This document shows, in pieces, positions 32,950 to 40,000 of a stretch of DNA of 40,000 nt (positions within the stretch are counted from its first letter, which is position 1; the number at the start of each line of letters is the position of its first letter). The stretch is from NCBI GenBank assembly GCA_045657465.1, contig JAZOTD010000036.1:11372-51371 (forward strand), in the 5' to 3' direction. The stretch comes from Clostridia bacterium (lineage in GTDB: Bacteria; Bacillota; Clostridia; Christensenellales; UBA1242). Both the position numbers and the translations under genes were made by a program. The notes under the pieces were generated by a model, which searched no databases, had not been told where the DNA came from, and saw only the letters and a program-made list of their open reading frames with translations.

Positions 32950-33198
32950 ATAAATTGCGTTGAAAAAGAAGAGTAAACTTGAAGGTTGCTTATAGAGAGT
33001 TCCGCTTGGTGGAAAGGAACAGCAAACGCAAATCGAAGGCACTTTGGAGCAATCATTAAAAAAGAGTGAGTGTCACATGACACTAATAAGGGTGGAACCA
33101 CGGGTCTAATCTCTCGCCCCTTAGCAAAACTGAATAAATCACATATGTTTTATTCCCTTTTGCTATCGCGTGCGAAAAAGATTAGGCCTTTTGTTTTG
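32950..33198 (+). promoter_or_regulatory. Glycine-specific T-box riboswitch leader (short glyQS type, no Stem II)
   Basis: Stem I starts TTGCGTTGAAAAAGAAGAGTA (32955-). AGAGAG box at 32994-32999. Distal GGTGGAAAGG. Specifier GAA-GGC-A with GGC at 33038-33040. Stem III is GTGTCAcaTGACAC. T-box core AATAAGGGTGGAACCACGG lies at 33085-33103, with UGGA in the bulge. Long terminator helix CTAATCT/TCGC (33106-33117) pairs with GCGA/AGATTAG (33172-33185), followed by CTTTTGTTTT. Confidence 0.85.
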
Positions 33199-33232
33199 GC
33201 TAAAAAACAAAATAAATTTAGGAGAAACAAAT

Positions 33233-34606
33233 ATGAAAAACTTAACAATGGACAAACTTGTAAGTCATTGCAAAAACACAGGTATTGTCTATCCAGGTTC
33301 TGACATTTATGACGGACTTGCAAACACTTGGGATTATGGTCCTGTTGGTGTCGAACTCAAAAACAACATCAAAAAAGTTTGGTGGAAACGTTTCGTTCAA
33401 GAAGCTGACAACAGTTATGGCGTTGACGCAGCAATATTGATGAACCCTAGAGTTTGGGAGGCTTCTGGACACGTTGCATCATTCACCGACCCAAAAATGG
33501 ATTGCAAACGTTGCAAAACAAGAATGAGAGCCGACAATCTTATCGAAGCTCACTCAAAAGGCTCAGTAAATGCTGACGCTATGACAAATGAAGAAATGGA
33601 AGCATATATTCAAGAACATCAAGTTAAATGCCCTACTTGCGGAAACTTTGATTGGACACCAATCCGCCAATTCCACCTTATGTTCCAAACATCAAGAGAC
33701 CTTACTGGCGGAAAAGATGATGTTATCTATCTTCGTCCAGAAACTGCTCAAGGTGAATTCGTAAACTTCATGAACGTTCAAAGAACAACCCGTGCAAAAG
33801 TTCCTTTCGGAATTGGACAAATCGGAAAAGCATTTAGAAACGAAATCACTCCAGGAAACTTTACTTTTAGAACAATCGAGTTTGAACAAATGGAACACCA
33901 ATTGTTCTGCAAAAACGAAGAAGCCGGTTTTGATTTCTATGCAAAATACAAAAAAGATGCATATGATTTCCTTATCGACCTTGGATTCAACAAAGACGAC
34001 TTAAACTACAAAGACCACGAAAAGCTTGCATTCTATGCAAAAGCAGCTTGTGACATCATCTTCAAATATCCATTCGGTTGGAATGAACTTAATGGTATTC
34101 ACTACAGAACCGACTATGATTTGGGCAGACATCAAGAATATTCAGGCAAAAACATGCTCTATATCGACCCAGTAACTAATGAAAAATATGTTCCACATGT
34201 TGTAGAATATTCAATTGGTGCTGACAGACTCACCCTTGCAGTTCTTTGTGAATTCTATGATGAAGAAGAACTTGAAGGTGGCGACACAAGAGTTGTATAT
34301 CGTTTCCACCCTGCTATCGCTCCATATAAAGTTGCAGTGCTTCCACTTCAAAAGAACATGAGTGAAAAAGCAAGAGAAATCTACAAAAAACTTGCAAAAC
34401 ACTTTATGTGCACATATGACGAAGCTGGCTCTATCGGAAAGAGATATCGTCGCCAAGACCAAATCGGCACTCCATTCTGTGTAACAATCGACTTTGACAC
34501 ACTCGAAGACGGAACAGTTACCATTCGTGAAAGAGACACAATGCAACAACGCAGAATTTCTGTTGATGAACTCATCTCTTATGTAAACGAAAAAATCGTT
34601 TTCTAA
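33233..34606 (+). CDS. glyQS: Glycine--tRNA ligase (alpha2 GlyQS type)
   Basis: MKNLTMDKLVSHCKNTGIVYPGSDIYDGLANTWDYGPVGVELKNN... and class II motifs. The start at 33233 has AGGAG 8 nt upstream. The track's 33170 start lies inside the T-box terminator. Confidence 0.95.
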   Translation: MKNLTMDKLVSHCKNTGIVYPGSDIYDGLANTWDYGPVGVELKNNIKKVWWKRFVQEADNSYGVDAAILMNPRVWEASGHVASFTDPKMDCKRCKTRMRADNLIEAHSKGSVNADAMTNEEMEAYIQEHQVKCPTCGNFDWTPIRQFHLMFQTSRDLTGGKDDVIYLRPETAQGEFVNFMNVQRTTRAKVPFGIGQIGKAFRNEITPGNFTFRTIEFEQMEHQLFCKNEEAGFDFYAKYKKDAYDFLIDLGFNKDDLNYKDHEKLAFYAKAACDIIFKYPFGWNELNGIHYRTDYDLGRHQEYSGKNMLYIDPVTNEKYVPHVVEYSIGADRLTLAVLCEFYDEEELEGGDTRVVYRFHPAIAPYKVAVLPLQKNMSEKAREIYKKLAKHFMCTYDEAGSIGKRYRRQDQIGTPFCVTIDFDTLEDGTVTIRERDTMQQRRISVDELISYVNEKIVF

Positions 34607-34610
34607 ATAA

Positions 34611-34640
34611 AAAGCACCCTTCTTGTTAAGGGTGTTTTTC
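34611..34640 (+). terminator. glyQS terminator
   Basis: CACCCTT (34615-34621) pairs with AAGGGTG (34628-34634), followed by T5. Confidence 0.7.
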
Positions 34641-34669
34641 TTTCATTATCTGTGTAAATGCTGAAAATA

Positions 34670-34703
34670 AAAGGTGTTATGCCAAACATAACACCTTATT
34701 TTT
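34670..34703. terminator. Bidirectional-looking hairpin terminator
   Basis: AAGGTGTTATG (34671-34681), loop CCAAA, then CATAACACCTT (34687-34697). T-runs follow on both strands. Confidence 0.6.
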
Positions 34704-35548
34704 TATTTAATTAAATTTGCATATCTGCCTGCGCAATCTTCATAAAGCTTTTTAAATTCATTTGTCTTTGCATCGTCTTCACCTATCGCATTATAGACAA
34801 CATATCCCGCATAGCTAAGCTTCATAAGTGAAAACTCTAGCAGTATTTCACTAACCTTTCCTTTAACGTTTGAACTTGCAAGCATTGCTTCAATTTGGTC
34901 AATTCTCAATTCTAAAAGTTCAGCAACATCTTTATCTGCATCGTTAAGTTCAAATGTTTCAAGCAACGCCTTATAGTCTTCTTTTGTAGTCTTTTTGTCA
35001 TTTTTTAACAAATCAACATATGTTGCAAACGCATATTCTGTAATTTTTCCATTTTTTAGCGATTTCAACACTTCAACCTGAATTGCACTTTCTTTATCTG
35101 TTAAACCATACAAACATTTGATTTTCCTGTTCACCAAATATGCATTAACATCTCCAACATAAGCATACATTGACTTGTTTTTTGCGTTATAAACGCTTGA
35201 AACATCAAGCTTTGTGCAAAATTCGTCATATTCATCATCACTCATTAATTCAGTGATATATTCAAGCTCTTTTTCTTTATTTGAATATTCTTGTTCAAAG
35301 AGAATCAAATTATATAAATCACTTAACTCTCCGCTCTTTTTATACTGCATTTCATAACAAGCTTCTTCTGCCCTAATAATTCCAAAAAAGTTAAATATTT
35401 TGGCGTCAAAATTTGGGGCTAAAAAGAACAATGTAGAAATTAGATAAAAGAATACAAAAACAACGGCTAGCATGATTTTTGTGAATGTTTTAAACGAATT
35501 TAACCATGTTTTTTTATCAATATAAACTTCTTTTGTAACCGAAGCCAT
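34703..35548 (-). CDS. Membrane-anchored protein of unknown function
   Basis: One TM segment (IMLAVVFVFFYLISTLFFLA) followed by a helical acidic domain. The start overlaps the rpiB-like stop by 1 nt (TAATG-type coupling). Confidence 0.55.
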   Translation of the reverse strand: MASVTKEVYIDKKTWLNSFKTFTKIMLAVVFVFFYLISTLFFLAPNFDAKIFNFFGIIRAEEACYEMQYKKSGELSDLYNLILFEQEYSNKEKELEYITELMSDDEYDEFCTKLDVSSVYNAKNKSMYAYVGDVNAYLVNRKIKCLYGLTDKESAIQVEVLKSLKNGKITEYAFATYVDLLKNDKKTTKEDYKALLETFELNDADKDVAELLELRIDQIEAMLASSNVKGKVSEILLEFSLMKLSYAGYVVYNAIGEDDAKTNEFKKLYEDCAGRYANLIK

Positions 35549-36030
35549 TAAACCCTTCCCGCCTTTTCTATTTTTGCAATTTGAGCAATTCTTCTTGAGT
35601 GTCTTTCTTCGCCCATAAATTGCGTAGAAATAAACACATTCAAAATTCTAATCATTTTGCGCTTGCAAAGCTTAACTTCATAATTTTCATCAGCTTTTCC
35701 TGCTGCAAACACAATTGCATTGGCATCTTCATCGCGTCTTGCAAAATATGCAGAGCCTTCTTCACTAGGAAGCACCGCTCTAATCCCCGCAAACTTATTT
35801 GCAACAATATTCATGCCGACTCCAGTTCCGCAAAGCAAAATCATTCCGTCTGCCTTTTCTTTCAAAAACATATCATATGCCTTGCTTGCTAAAACTGGAT
35901 AATCATTAGCTTCGCCAGCATCTTCAACCACTGAAAAATCAAGATTTTGCTCGGTTAAATAAGCCTTGATTTTATCAACATATTTTCCGTCAACTCTATG
36001 GTCATATACCACAATGAATTTTTTGAACAT
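35548..36030 (-). CDS. rpiB: RpiB/LacA/LacB-family sugar-phosphate isomerase
   Basis: ILLCGTGVGMNIVANKFAGIRAVL (catalytic Cys motif) and a C-terminal EERHSRR (compare GGRHxxR). The N-terminal motif is atypical: VYDHRVDG instead of GSDHAG. Confidence 0.75.
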   Translation of the reverse strand: MFKKFIVVYDHRVDGKYVDKIKAYLTEQNLDFSVVEDAGEANDYPVLASKAYDMFLKEKADGMILLCGTGVGMNIVANKFAGIRAVLPSEEGSAYFARRDEDANAIVFAAGKADENYEVKLCKRKMIRILNVFISTQFMGEERHSRRIAQIAKIEKAGRV

Positions 36031-36050
36031 AATATTCTCCTAACACAATT

Positions 36051-36079
36051 AGTTTATAATTTTTATATTATGTTGTCAA
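36051..36079 (-). promoter_or_regulatory. Candidate promoter of the rpiB-like operon
   Basis: Minus strand reads TTGACA (plus 36074-36079), a 17-nt spacer, then TAAACT (plus 36051-36056). Confidence 0.4.
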
Positions 36080-36081
36080 AC

Positions 36082-36112
36082 AAAACAAAAAGAAGTATCT
36101 CTACTTCTTTTT
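36082..36112 (-). terminator. Terminator overlapping the stop of the 50-aa ORF
   Basis: AAGAAGTA (36090-36097) pairs with TACTTCTT (36102-36109). The minus strand is followed by TTTTTTGTTTTG. Confidence 0.55.
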
Positions 36113-36253
36113 ATCTTGGAATCGACTTATTTGTTGTTTCAATGACTTAATTTCACGTTTTAGAGCGTCCATATCACGTTCTTGCAACGCAATCAAATTG
36201 TCTTTTTCTTTAACAATCTCCCCAAACTCTCCAAACTCATCAAAACCACTCAT
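36101..36253 (-). CDS. Small (50 aa) coiled-coil protein; below the ORF-track length cut-off
   Basis: My translation: MSGFDEFGEFGEIVKEKDNLIALQERDMDALKREIKSLKQQISRFQDKKK. SD AGGAG lies 6 nt upstream of the ATG at 36253. It has its own terminator and lies between the sepF terminator and the rpiB promoter. Confidence 0.45.
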   Translation of the reverse strand: MSGFDEFGEFGEIVKEKDNLIALQERDMDALKREIKSLKQQISRFQDKKK

Positions 36254-36300
36254 AAATGACTCCTACTGTTATTATGAGCCGTTTAATTCATTTTATGCAT

Positions 36301-36329
36301 AAAAAAACACCCTTTTTAGGGTGTTTTGA
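36301..36329 (-). terminator. sepF terminator
   Basis: CACCC (36308-36312) pairs with GGGTG (36319-36323). On the minus strand a T7 run follows. It abuts the sepF stop. Confidence 0.65.
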
Positions 36330-36917
36330 TTAGTTATCCATTCCTTGATTTTGTTCAGGGGTTCTAATATTAAATCCTTCAGGAGTCAAGAGGAATATAT
36401 TGCTGTCAACATGTCTAATATTTCCATTAAGTGCATAAATCGCACCACTTGTGCAGTCTAAAAGGCGTTGAGAATCATATTCATTCATATTTTGAAGATT
36501 CAAAACAACTGATTCGCCTTCTTTTAAATAATTGATAACAATTTGCACATCATCAAATTTTGTTGGGTACAAAAATTCAACATTTTTAGTTCCATATCCG
36601 CCAACATTTGAATTTAGACCATAATTATTCACAGGCGCAGTGTATGACCTGTTATATTGAGAAGGATTTTCAGCATAAGAAGTTGTTGTGCTTTGTGGTT
36701 TTGGTTGCACATCTTTTTCTTGTCTCAAAGAATATTTTTTTGCAGCTCGGTCAGCTTTTTCTTGAGCTTTTCTTGCTTTATATTCTTCTTTTTGTCTTCT
36801 TTTTTCATCTTGAGCACGCTGTCTTTCTTCTCGAATCTTCTCTTTTTCTATTGAATCGTCGTAGACTTCTTCATTTTCAAAGCCCACTCCTTTCATAAGC
36901 CAATTCATAAATCCCAT
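36330..36917 (-). CDS. sepF: Cell division protein SepF
   Basis: N-terminal amphipathic MGFMNWLMKGVGF, a long K/E/R/Q-rich linker, and a C-terminal SepF core: YPTKFDDVQIVINYLKEGESVVLNL...RLLDCTSGAIYALNGNI..V..NIFLLTP. Confidence 0.85.
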   Translation of the reverse strand: MGFMNWLMKGVGFENEEVYDDSIEKEKIREERQRAQDEKRRQKEEYKARKAQEKADRAAKKYSLRQEKDVQPKPQSTTTSYAENPSQYNRSYTAPVNNYGLNSNVGGYGTKNVEFLYPTKFDDVQIVINYLKEGESVVLNLQNMNEYDSQRLLDCTSGAIYALNGNIRHVDSNIFLLTPEGFNIRTPEQNQGMDN

Positions 36918-36993
36918 AAATTGCCACCCCTATCTAGCCTAATAATAACACATTTTACACAAATTTCAAATTATTTTTTCATAATTTTATGAT

Positions 36994-37749
36994 TTACTGC
37001 AAATTATTGAACATATCAACTTTCAGTCGTGCAAAATTAAATTTTAATTCACAAATTAACGACTCTTTCTTTCCACTTTGAAAAAACTTATTAAAAAACT
37101 CATCAAAATAATTAACAAGCATATTTGCATAGGTCGTCAAATCTTCAAAAATCTTCTCATTTTTCGGGTTTTCAAACAAATCGATTAAGTCTTGAAATTC
37201 AAGTTTTGTTTTCAATAACTTCGAAGAAAAATCTCCATCACCAATCTCACCTTTCAAATATTCAATCTGCACATGCTCAAAATCATTAATAAATTTATAA
37301 TATTTCTCAAAAAATCTCGAATAACTTAAATTTTGAGCAATATGTGATGCAGTTTTTTTATTAATAGCTTTTGCTTCAAGCTTAACAACCCCCGCAGTTG
37401 AAAAAGACTGCTTTAAATTTTCTTTAATTTCAATTGCATCAGCTTCATTCAAATAAACATTTGCCACTAAAAAATACTCTTCTTTAAAAAACAAAACACT
37501 CCCAGCTCCGCCAAGCTTTTTTATTAATTCTTTTTTGTCTTCATCAATTTTTCTTCTATTTTTTTCAACATAAACCACATAAAACACTTGCCGTTCATAA
37601 CACTTTTCAACCTTCTTAAAACTTACCAAACATGCAAAAACTACCGCTAAAAAAATAAAAAATAAAATCACTGCAATCACTGAAATTATCGGCTTTCGCA
37701 AGGGTTTGTCATGTGGCAGGTATGACACATAATCTTGAAAATTACTCAT
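36994..37749 (-). CDS. Membrane-anchored protein with a SPOR-like segment (tentative)
   Basis: TM segment ISVIAVILFFIFLAVVFACLV, then FYVVYVEKNRRKIDEDKKELIKKLGGAGSVLFFKEEYFLVANVYLNEADAIEIKENLK, which follows the SPOR beta-alpha-beta-beta pattern. Confidence 0.4.
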   Translation of the reverse strand: MSNFQDYVSYLPHDKPLRKPIISVIAVILFFIFLAVVFACLVSFKKVEKCYERQVFYVVYVEKNRRKIDEDKKELIKKLGGAGSVLFFKEEYFLVANVYLNEADAIEIKENLKQSFSTAGVVKLEAKAINKKTASHIAQNLSYSRFFEKYYKFINDFEHVQIEYLKGEIGDGDFSSKLLKTKLEFQDLIDLFENPKNEKIFEDLTTYANMLVNYFDEFFNKFFQSGKKESLICELKFNFARLKVDMFNNLQ

Positions 37750-37877
37750 ATATCATTTTATGATTAAAGCATACACTTAATCACAAGTTTTTGTCATAAA
37801 AACGTGATTGCATGCTTAACGTTATAACTTGCCAAAAACGACATATAATTAAGTGTAAATAATTTTAGGAGAACTTT

Positions 37878-38174
37878 ATGAACTTAAAACCATTATTTGA
37901 CAGAGTCGTGCTAAAAGATTTAGAAAAATCATCGCAAACCAAGTCAGGAATATTTATTCCCACAGGCGTTGGCGATGAACCTAAATATGCCAAAGTCGTT
38001 GCTATTGGCGATGGAGACTGCTTTGACGGAAACAAATCTAAAATGGCAGTGTCTGTCGGCGATCATGTTTTATATAACAAATATGGTGCAACACCTTTCA
38101 AAATTGACGACCAAGAATTTCAAATCTTGCGTCAAAGTGACATATTAGGAGTTTTCGAAGGAGACAATAACTAA
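37878..38174 (+). CDS. groES: Co-chaperonin GroES
   Basis: MNLKPLFDRVVLK...KSGIFIP......AKVVAIGDG. 98 aa. SD AGGAG. Confidence 0.95.
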   Translation: MNLKPLFDRVVLKDLEKSSQTKSGIFIPTGVGDEPKYAKVVAIGDGDCFDGNKSKMAVSVGDHVLYNKYGATPFKIDDQEFQILRQSDILGVFEGDNN

Positions 38175-39763
38175 TGGCAAAACAAATCCAAACTGGCGAC
38201 ATTGCAAGAAATCTACTTAAAAATGGCATAAAAGCCGTTGCTGATGCCGTGAAAATCACACTTGGACCTAAAGGAAAAAATGTGGTTTTAGACAGAAAAT
38301 ACACAACTCCCCTAATCACTAATGACGGAGTTTCAATCGCTAAAGAAATTGAACTATTAAACCCTTTTGAAAATATGGGTGCAAACCTCATTAAAGAAGC
38401 ATCGATAAAAACTAATGATGACGCAGGCGATGGCACAACCACCGCATGCGTTTTAGCAGAATCAATGGTTAATGAAGGTCTTAAAAATATTTCTAGTGGC
38501 GCCAACCCTATTATTTTACGCAAAGGCATTGAAAAAGCCATAAAAGTGGCTACAGATCATTTAAAACAAATCTCAAAACCAGTTTCAAGTGACAAAGAAA
38601 TTTCACAAGTTGCAAGCATATCTGCTGGCAGTGATGAAATTGGCGAACTCATTTCAAACGCCTTTGCAAAAATAGGAAAAGACGGCGTCATAACAATTGA
38701 AGAATCAAAATCTTCACAAACCAACCTAAAAATAACCCAAGGTCTTGAATTTGACCGAGGTTACATCTCGCCTTATATGGCAAATCCAAACCAAAATATT
38801 GTGTGTTTAGAACACCCTTATATCTTGGTCACTGACAAAAAACTTACAAATATAAATGAAATCCTCCCAATTTTAGAGCAAATTATGCAAACTTCCAGAC
38901 CTTTATTAATCATTGCTGACGATGTTGATGGCGAAGTGCTTTCAACACTCGTTTTAAACAATGTTAGGGGCAGTTTCATTTCTGTTGCAGTCAAATGTCC
39001 TTCATTTGGAGACAAACAAAAAGCATACTTGCAAGACATTGCCCTGCTCACATCAGCATCGCTTGTTTCAAAAGAACTTTCAACTGACTTCAAATCATTA
39101 ACATTAGATGATTTAGGCGAAGCATCGCTTGTCAAAGTTTCAAAAGACAAAACAACCATCATAAACGGCAAAGCAAACACAGTCATGGTTGAAGAAAAAA
39201 TCAATCATATCAAATCGCTGCTTAATGAAAACCTTGATGACTATGAAAAAATTAATTTTGAAGACCAACTCGCCAGACTTTCTGGTGGCGTGGCAGTCAT
39301 TGAAGTTGGAGCCGCAAGTGAAATCGAAATGCGTGAGAAAAAACTCCGCATCGAAGACGCCCTTTCAGCAACAAAATCTGCATGCAAAGAAGGCATCATA
39401 ATCGGTGGTGGTTGCGCTTTAGTATCATGCATTCCTTCAGTAAAATCTTTTATCAGCACACTTTCAGGAGACGAAAAAACAGGTGCAGAAATCGTTTTGC
39501 ACGCGCTTGAATCTCCAATTAGACAAATTGCAAAAAATGCAGGCGTCGACGACGGCGTAGTATTAAACAATGTTATGCAGTCAATCAAATCAAATATTGG
39601 TTACAACGCACTTACTGACACATATGAAAATATGTTTGATGGCGGAATAATTGACCCAACAAAAGTCACCCGCTGTGCTCTTGAAAACGCTGGAAGCGTT
39701 TCTGCATCAATACTCACAACTGAAGTTTTGGTCGCAGACATAGAACCACAAAAAGCTCAATAA
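38174..39763 (+). CDS. groEL: Chaperonin GroEL
   Basis: AVKITLGPKGKNVVL, AGDGTTTACVLA, and a 529-aa sequence collinear with GroEL. The start overlaps the groES stop as TAATG. No C-terminal GGM repeat. Confidence 0.97.
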   Translation: MAKQIQTGDIARNLLKNGIKAVADAVKITLGPKGKNVVLDRKYTTPLITNDGVSIAKEIELLNPFENMGANLIKEASIKTNDDAGDGTTTACVLAESMVNEGLKNISSGANPIILRKGIEKAIKVATDHLKQISKPVSSDKEISQVASISAGSDEIGELISNAFAKIGKDGVITIEESKSSQTNLKITQGLEFDRGYISPYMANPNQNIVCLEHPYILVTDKKLTNINEILPILEQIMQTSRPLLIIADDVDGEVLSTLVLNNVRGSFISVAVKCPSFGDKQKAYLQDIALLTSASLVSKELSTDFKSLTLDDLGEASLVKVSKDKTTIINGKANTVMVEEKINHIKSLLNENLDDYEKINFEDQLARLSGGVAVIEVGAASEIEMREKKLRIEDALSATKSACKEGIIIGGGCALVSCIPSVKSFISTLSGDEKTGAEIVLHALESPIRQIAKNAGVDDGVVLNNVMQSIKSNIGYNALTDTYENMFDGGIIDPTKVTRCALENAGSVSASILTTEVLVADIEPQKAQ

Positions 39764-39772
39764 TTTTCTCCT

Positions 39773-39803
39773 AAAAAAACACCCCACTCAAGGGGTGTTT
39801 TTA
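39773..39803. terminator. Bidirectional terminator after groEL
   Basis: ACACCCC (39779-39785) pairs with GGGGTGT (39792-39798). It is flanked by A7 and T5 and overlaps the stop of the convergent minus-strand ORF. Confidence 0.7.
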
Positions 39804-40000
39804 TTTGTTATTATCTTTAACAATGTTTTGAATTGACAAAAATCTTTTTTCAAATGTTGGTTTCTTGTTAACCTGGTCAATTGTTCTGTTAATCACAACA
39901 GTTCGTGGTTTCATAACCGGCGTTCTAATAAAACCAGACTCCAATAGCTCAACTTTTGATTGTTTTTGAGCGTCTTCAATCTCTTTCATCTTTGAGTCTT
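39801..40000 (-). CDS. 3' end of an unidentified CDS (probably continues beyond the right edge)
   Basis: The frame stays open upstream of the track's ATG (39989) to the window edge (..DSK-MKEIEDAQ..). No motif recognised. Confidence 0.3.
   Translation of the reverse strand, partial: DSKMKEIEDAQKQSKVELLESGFIRTPVMKPRTVVINRTIDQVNKKPTFEKRFLSIQNIVKDNNK

Noticed and set aside
33070-33303. A 77-aa ORF, and the 33170 start proposed by the track for glyQS.
   Set aside because: Both lie in the T-box leader and terminator. The GlyRS homology and a proper AGGAG SD begin at 33233.
1-40000. Searched for CRISPR arrays, tRNA/rRNA genes, IS elements, integrases, phage or defence-system genes, and toxin-antitoxin pairs.
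   Set aside because: No regularly spaced direct repeats, no GC-rich cloverleaf-sized intergenic segments, and no transposase-, integrase-, nuclease- or helicase-type accessory ORFs were seen. The window looks like core chromosome.

Overview
This is an AT-rich, gene-dense chromosomal window with about 40 CDS. I found no rRNA, tRNA, CRISPR array or recognisable IS/transposase/phage genes. The gene content points to a low-GC Firmicutes (Clostridia-like) genome: SpoIVFB-like M50 protease, SpoVB-like flippase, DUF4363/DUF421 pair, SepF, a glyQS T-box leader, strong GGAGG-type Shine-Dalgarno sites and hairpin-plus-T-run terminators. Secure housekeeping anchors are uvrB-uvrA, groES-groEL, glyQS, a Ppx/GppA-HD phosphatase, sepF, minD plus a minE-like gene, an mreB-like gene, an rpiB-like gene, a MacB-type ABC pair with a divergent TetR, and a NUDIX hydrolase. 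The most unusual content is listed below. (1) A tightly coupled five-gene Rnf-like operon (C-D-E-A-B, 6466-11000) has no rnfG. By-eye alignment shows that most cofactor-binding signatures are eroded: the RnfC NADH/FMN motifs, three of the four RnfA/RnfE cluster cysteines, and possibly the RnfD flavinylation motif. RnfB and the RnfC ferredoxin motifs stay intact, and RnfE carries a roughly 120-aa charged tail. This is my best candidate for an undescribed Rnf-derived membrane system. (2) A 2017-aa surface protein (12096-18149) has a signal peptide, at least six degenerate Tyr-rich repeats, four CBM4_9-like beta-sandwich modules and a C-terminal TM anchor instead of LPXTG. (3) A minD/minE-like/M50 operon may have a 65-nt out-of-frame overlap that encodes both putative membrane-targeting helices. 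(4) Several non-coding structures stand out: a 129-nt imperfect palindrome, a phased A-tract array, a bipartite intergenic motif present at two loci, and palindromic candidate operators. All functional calls rest on my reading of the translated ORFs and on motif knowledge. No database search was run.
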